64,000 nt of DNA from Nitrospirota bacterium (lineage in GTDB: Bacteria; Nitrospirota; UBA9217): NCBI GenBank assembly GCA_963845065.1, contig CAWJQQ010000001.1, positions 32,001 through 96,000 on the forward strand, given 5' to 3'. The position numbers were made by a program, and so were the translations under genes. This document shows, piece after piece, positions 63,074 to 64,000 of this stretch. How positions within the stretch are numbered: the stretch's first letter is position 1; each line of letters starts with the position of its first letter. Under the pieces are notes generated by a model. It did not search any database, had not been told where the DNA came from, and worked only from the letters and a program-made list of their open reading frames with translations.

Positions 63074-63339
63074 CCGAAGGGAGTTTTTACTTTGTTGAGA
63101 GGTCCGCAGGCATAAAGCTGATCATTAATAACGGAATAAAACATACATCATTTTGTATCAGACAAAAATACTAACTTCAGGATGAAGCGATTAACAAAAT
63201 ATTGTATCACAACATGCAATGTTACAAAATGAATTATGTACCGTCGCTAATATTATAAGAATATTTGCTTCATCTACTATTCTGCACTGGCGACCGATAA
63301 ATAGGAATTCAGAATATCGGTAGAACCTTACACAAGAAC
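63074..63339 (+). repeat. Family A repeat, copy A10 (full length)
   Basis: AACTTCAGGATG, ATCACAACATGCAATG, AAAATGAATT, GGCGACCGATA, and the end AGAATATCGGTAGAACCTT...GAAC. Confidence 0.8.
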
Positions 63340-63352
63340 GAAGCGGTGCGAT

Positions 63353-63748
63353 TCATCCCTCTTGTGTCGGCGGACGTGGCATAGGTATAGCATTGAGCCA
63401 TTCCTCCGCCTTGCCGCAGCTGCGGAACGACCGGACGTCGCAGACATCTGCTACCATTATTTCCAGCATCCGCATTATTCCGTAGGAAACATCATAACCG
63501 GTCGCAATAGCCGTCGGGCCGAGAGCATTTTTACGCCCGAGGTGGCGCAGTCGATAGACGATCCGTTGGACGTCCGCAGTATGGAAGTCCACGGTGGCCC
63601 ATGTAGCATCGATCAACTCCGCCATGGGTAAGCCATTGTCAACCCGCTCCTTCTCCAAATGAACCATGATATCGGAGTAGGTCACAGAGTCTTCGGCCAC
63701 CGTGAACAGCCGTCGGCGAGCACGATCGGTTGTGTAGGTTATTGGCAT
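63353..63748 (-). CDS. Hypothetical protein, paralogous in pattern to 61777..62214
   Basis: ELIDAT, TAIAT..YGIMRM and FRS..KAEEWL motifs; RBS AAGGAGG. Confidence 0.7.
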   Translation of the reverse strand: MPITYTTDRARRRLFTVAEDSVTYSDIMVHLEKERVDNGLPMAELIDATWATVDFHTADVQRIVYRLRHLGRKNALGPTAIATGYDVSYGIMRMLEIMVADVCDVRSFRSCGKAEEWLNAIPMPRPPTQEG

Positions 63749-64000
63749 CCGATCCTCCTTCTCTAAACGAACCGATGACCGATCGTATCATAAATGCGGA
63801 AACTAGCGATGCAATTATTGCATCCACTGGGTAATTTATCACATCCTGAAAGTCTACTTGGTTCCCCATCTTTGCCTCGGTATAATTCCTCTTGTGCGCA
63901 AGCACGGCAAGCTCTATTAGCTCTTTCACAAAGTTGATATCACGCCACTCGGTATCCACAATCCACGCCAAAATGGATGAAAGAATACTGCCTTCCAGGA

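Noticed and set aside
63639..64000. ORF running off the right edge
   Set aside because: It may be a real gene tail, but it overlaps 63353..63748 and has no recognisable motif; cannot be supported.

Overview
This is a bacterial accessory or hot-spot region. The host may be an anaerobic Nitrospirota- or Desulfobacterota-like organism (weak inference from cooC, sigma-54 promoters and PAS hybrid kinases). There is no rRNA, CRISPR array, intact tRNA or integrase. From left to right it holds: (1) an extended arsenic-resistance operon (arsP-trx-FeS-arsR-metallophosphoesterase-arsC-acr3, then fmdE-like); (2) at 5-27 kb, mostly minus-strand cargo genes (attC-flanked cassettes, cooC, TPR, ispH, two PAS hybrid kinases, oxidoreductases) punctuated by a co-oriented, degenerate 150-270 bp non-coding repeat (family A, about 10 copies, also at 55-64 kb); (3) at 27.7-51 kb, a plus-strand defence and TA block with a complete type I Wadjet jetABCD, recQ, a SEC-C/CcbP-like gene cluster and two IS200/IS605 TnpB elements, partitioned by four 3' halves of tRNA-fMet with terminators and arm-like repeats (family B; three further core-degenerate copies at 56-58.5 kb); and (4) at 51-64 kb, signalling and stress cargo (patatin, diguanylate cyclase, Usp, PCuAC, ECF-CpxP, RelE-type and BrnTA pairs). 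Seven TA pairs occur in total. The strongest novelty candidates are the two interleaved families of recombination-site-like repeats, which cut the region into modules with no recombinase in the window. Family A stands out because its conserved end supplies the GTT box of adjacent attC sites. All protein calls come from motif recognition by eye, not database searches.
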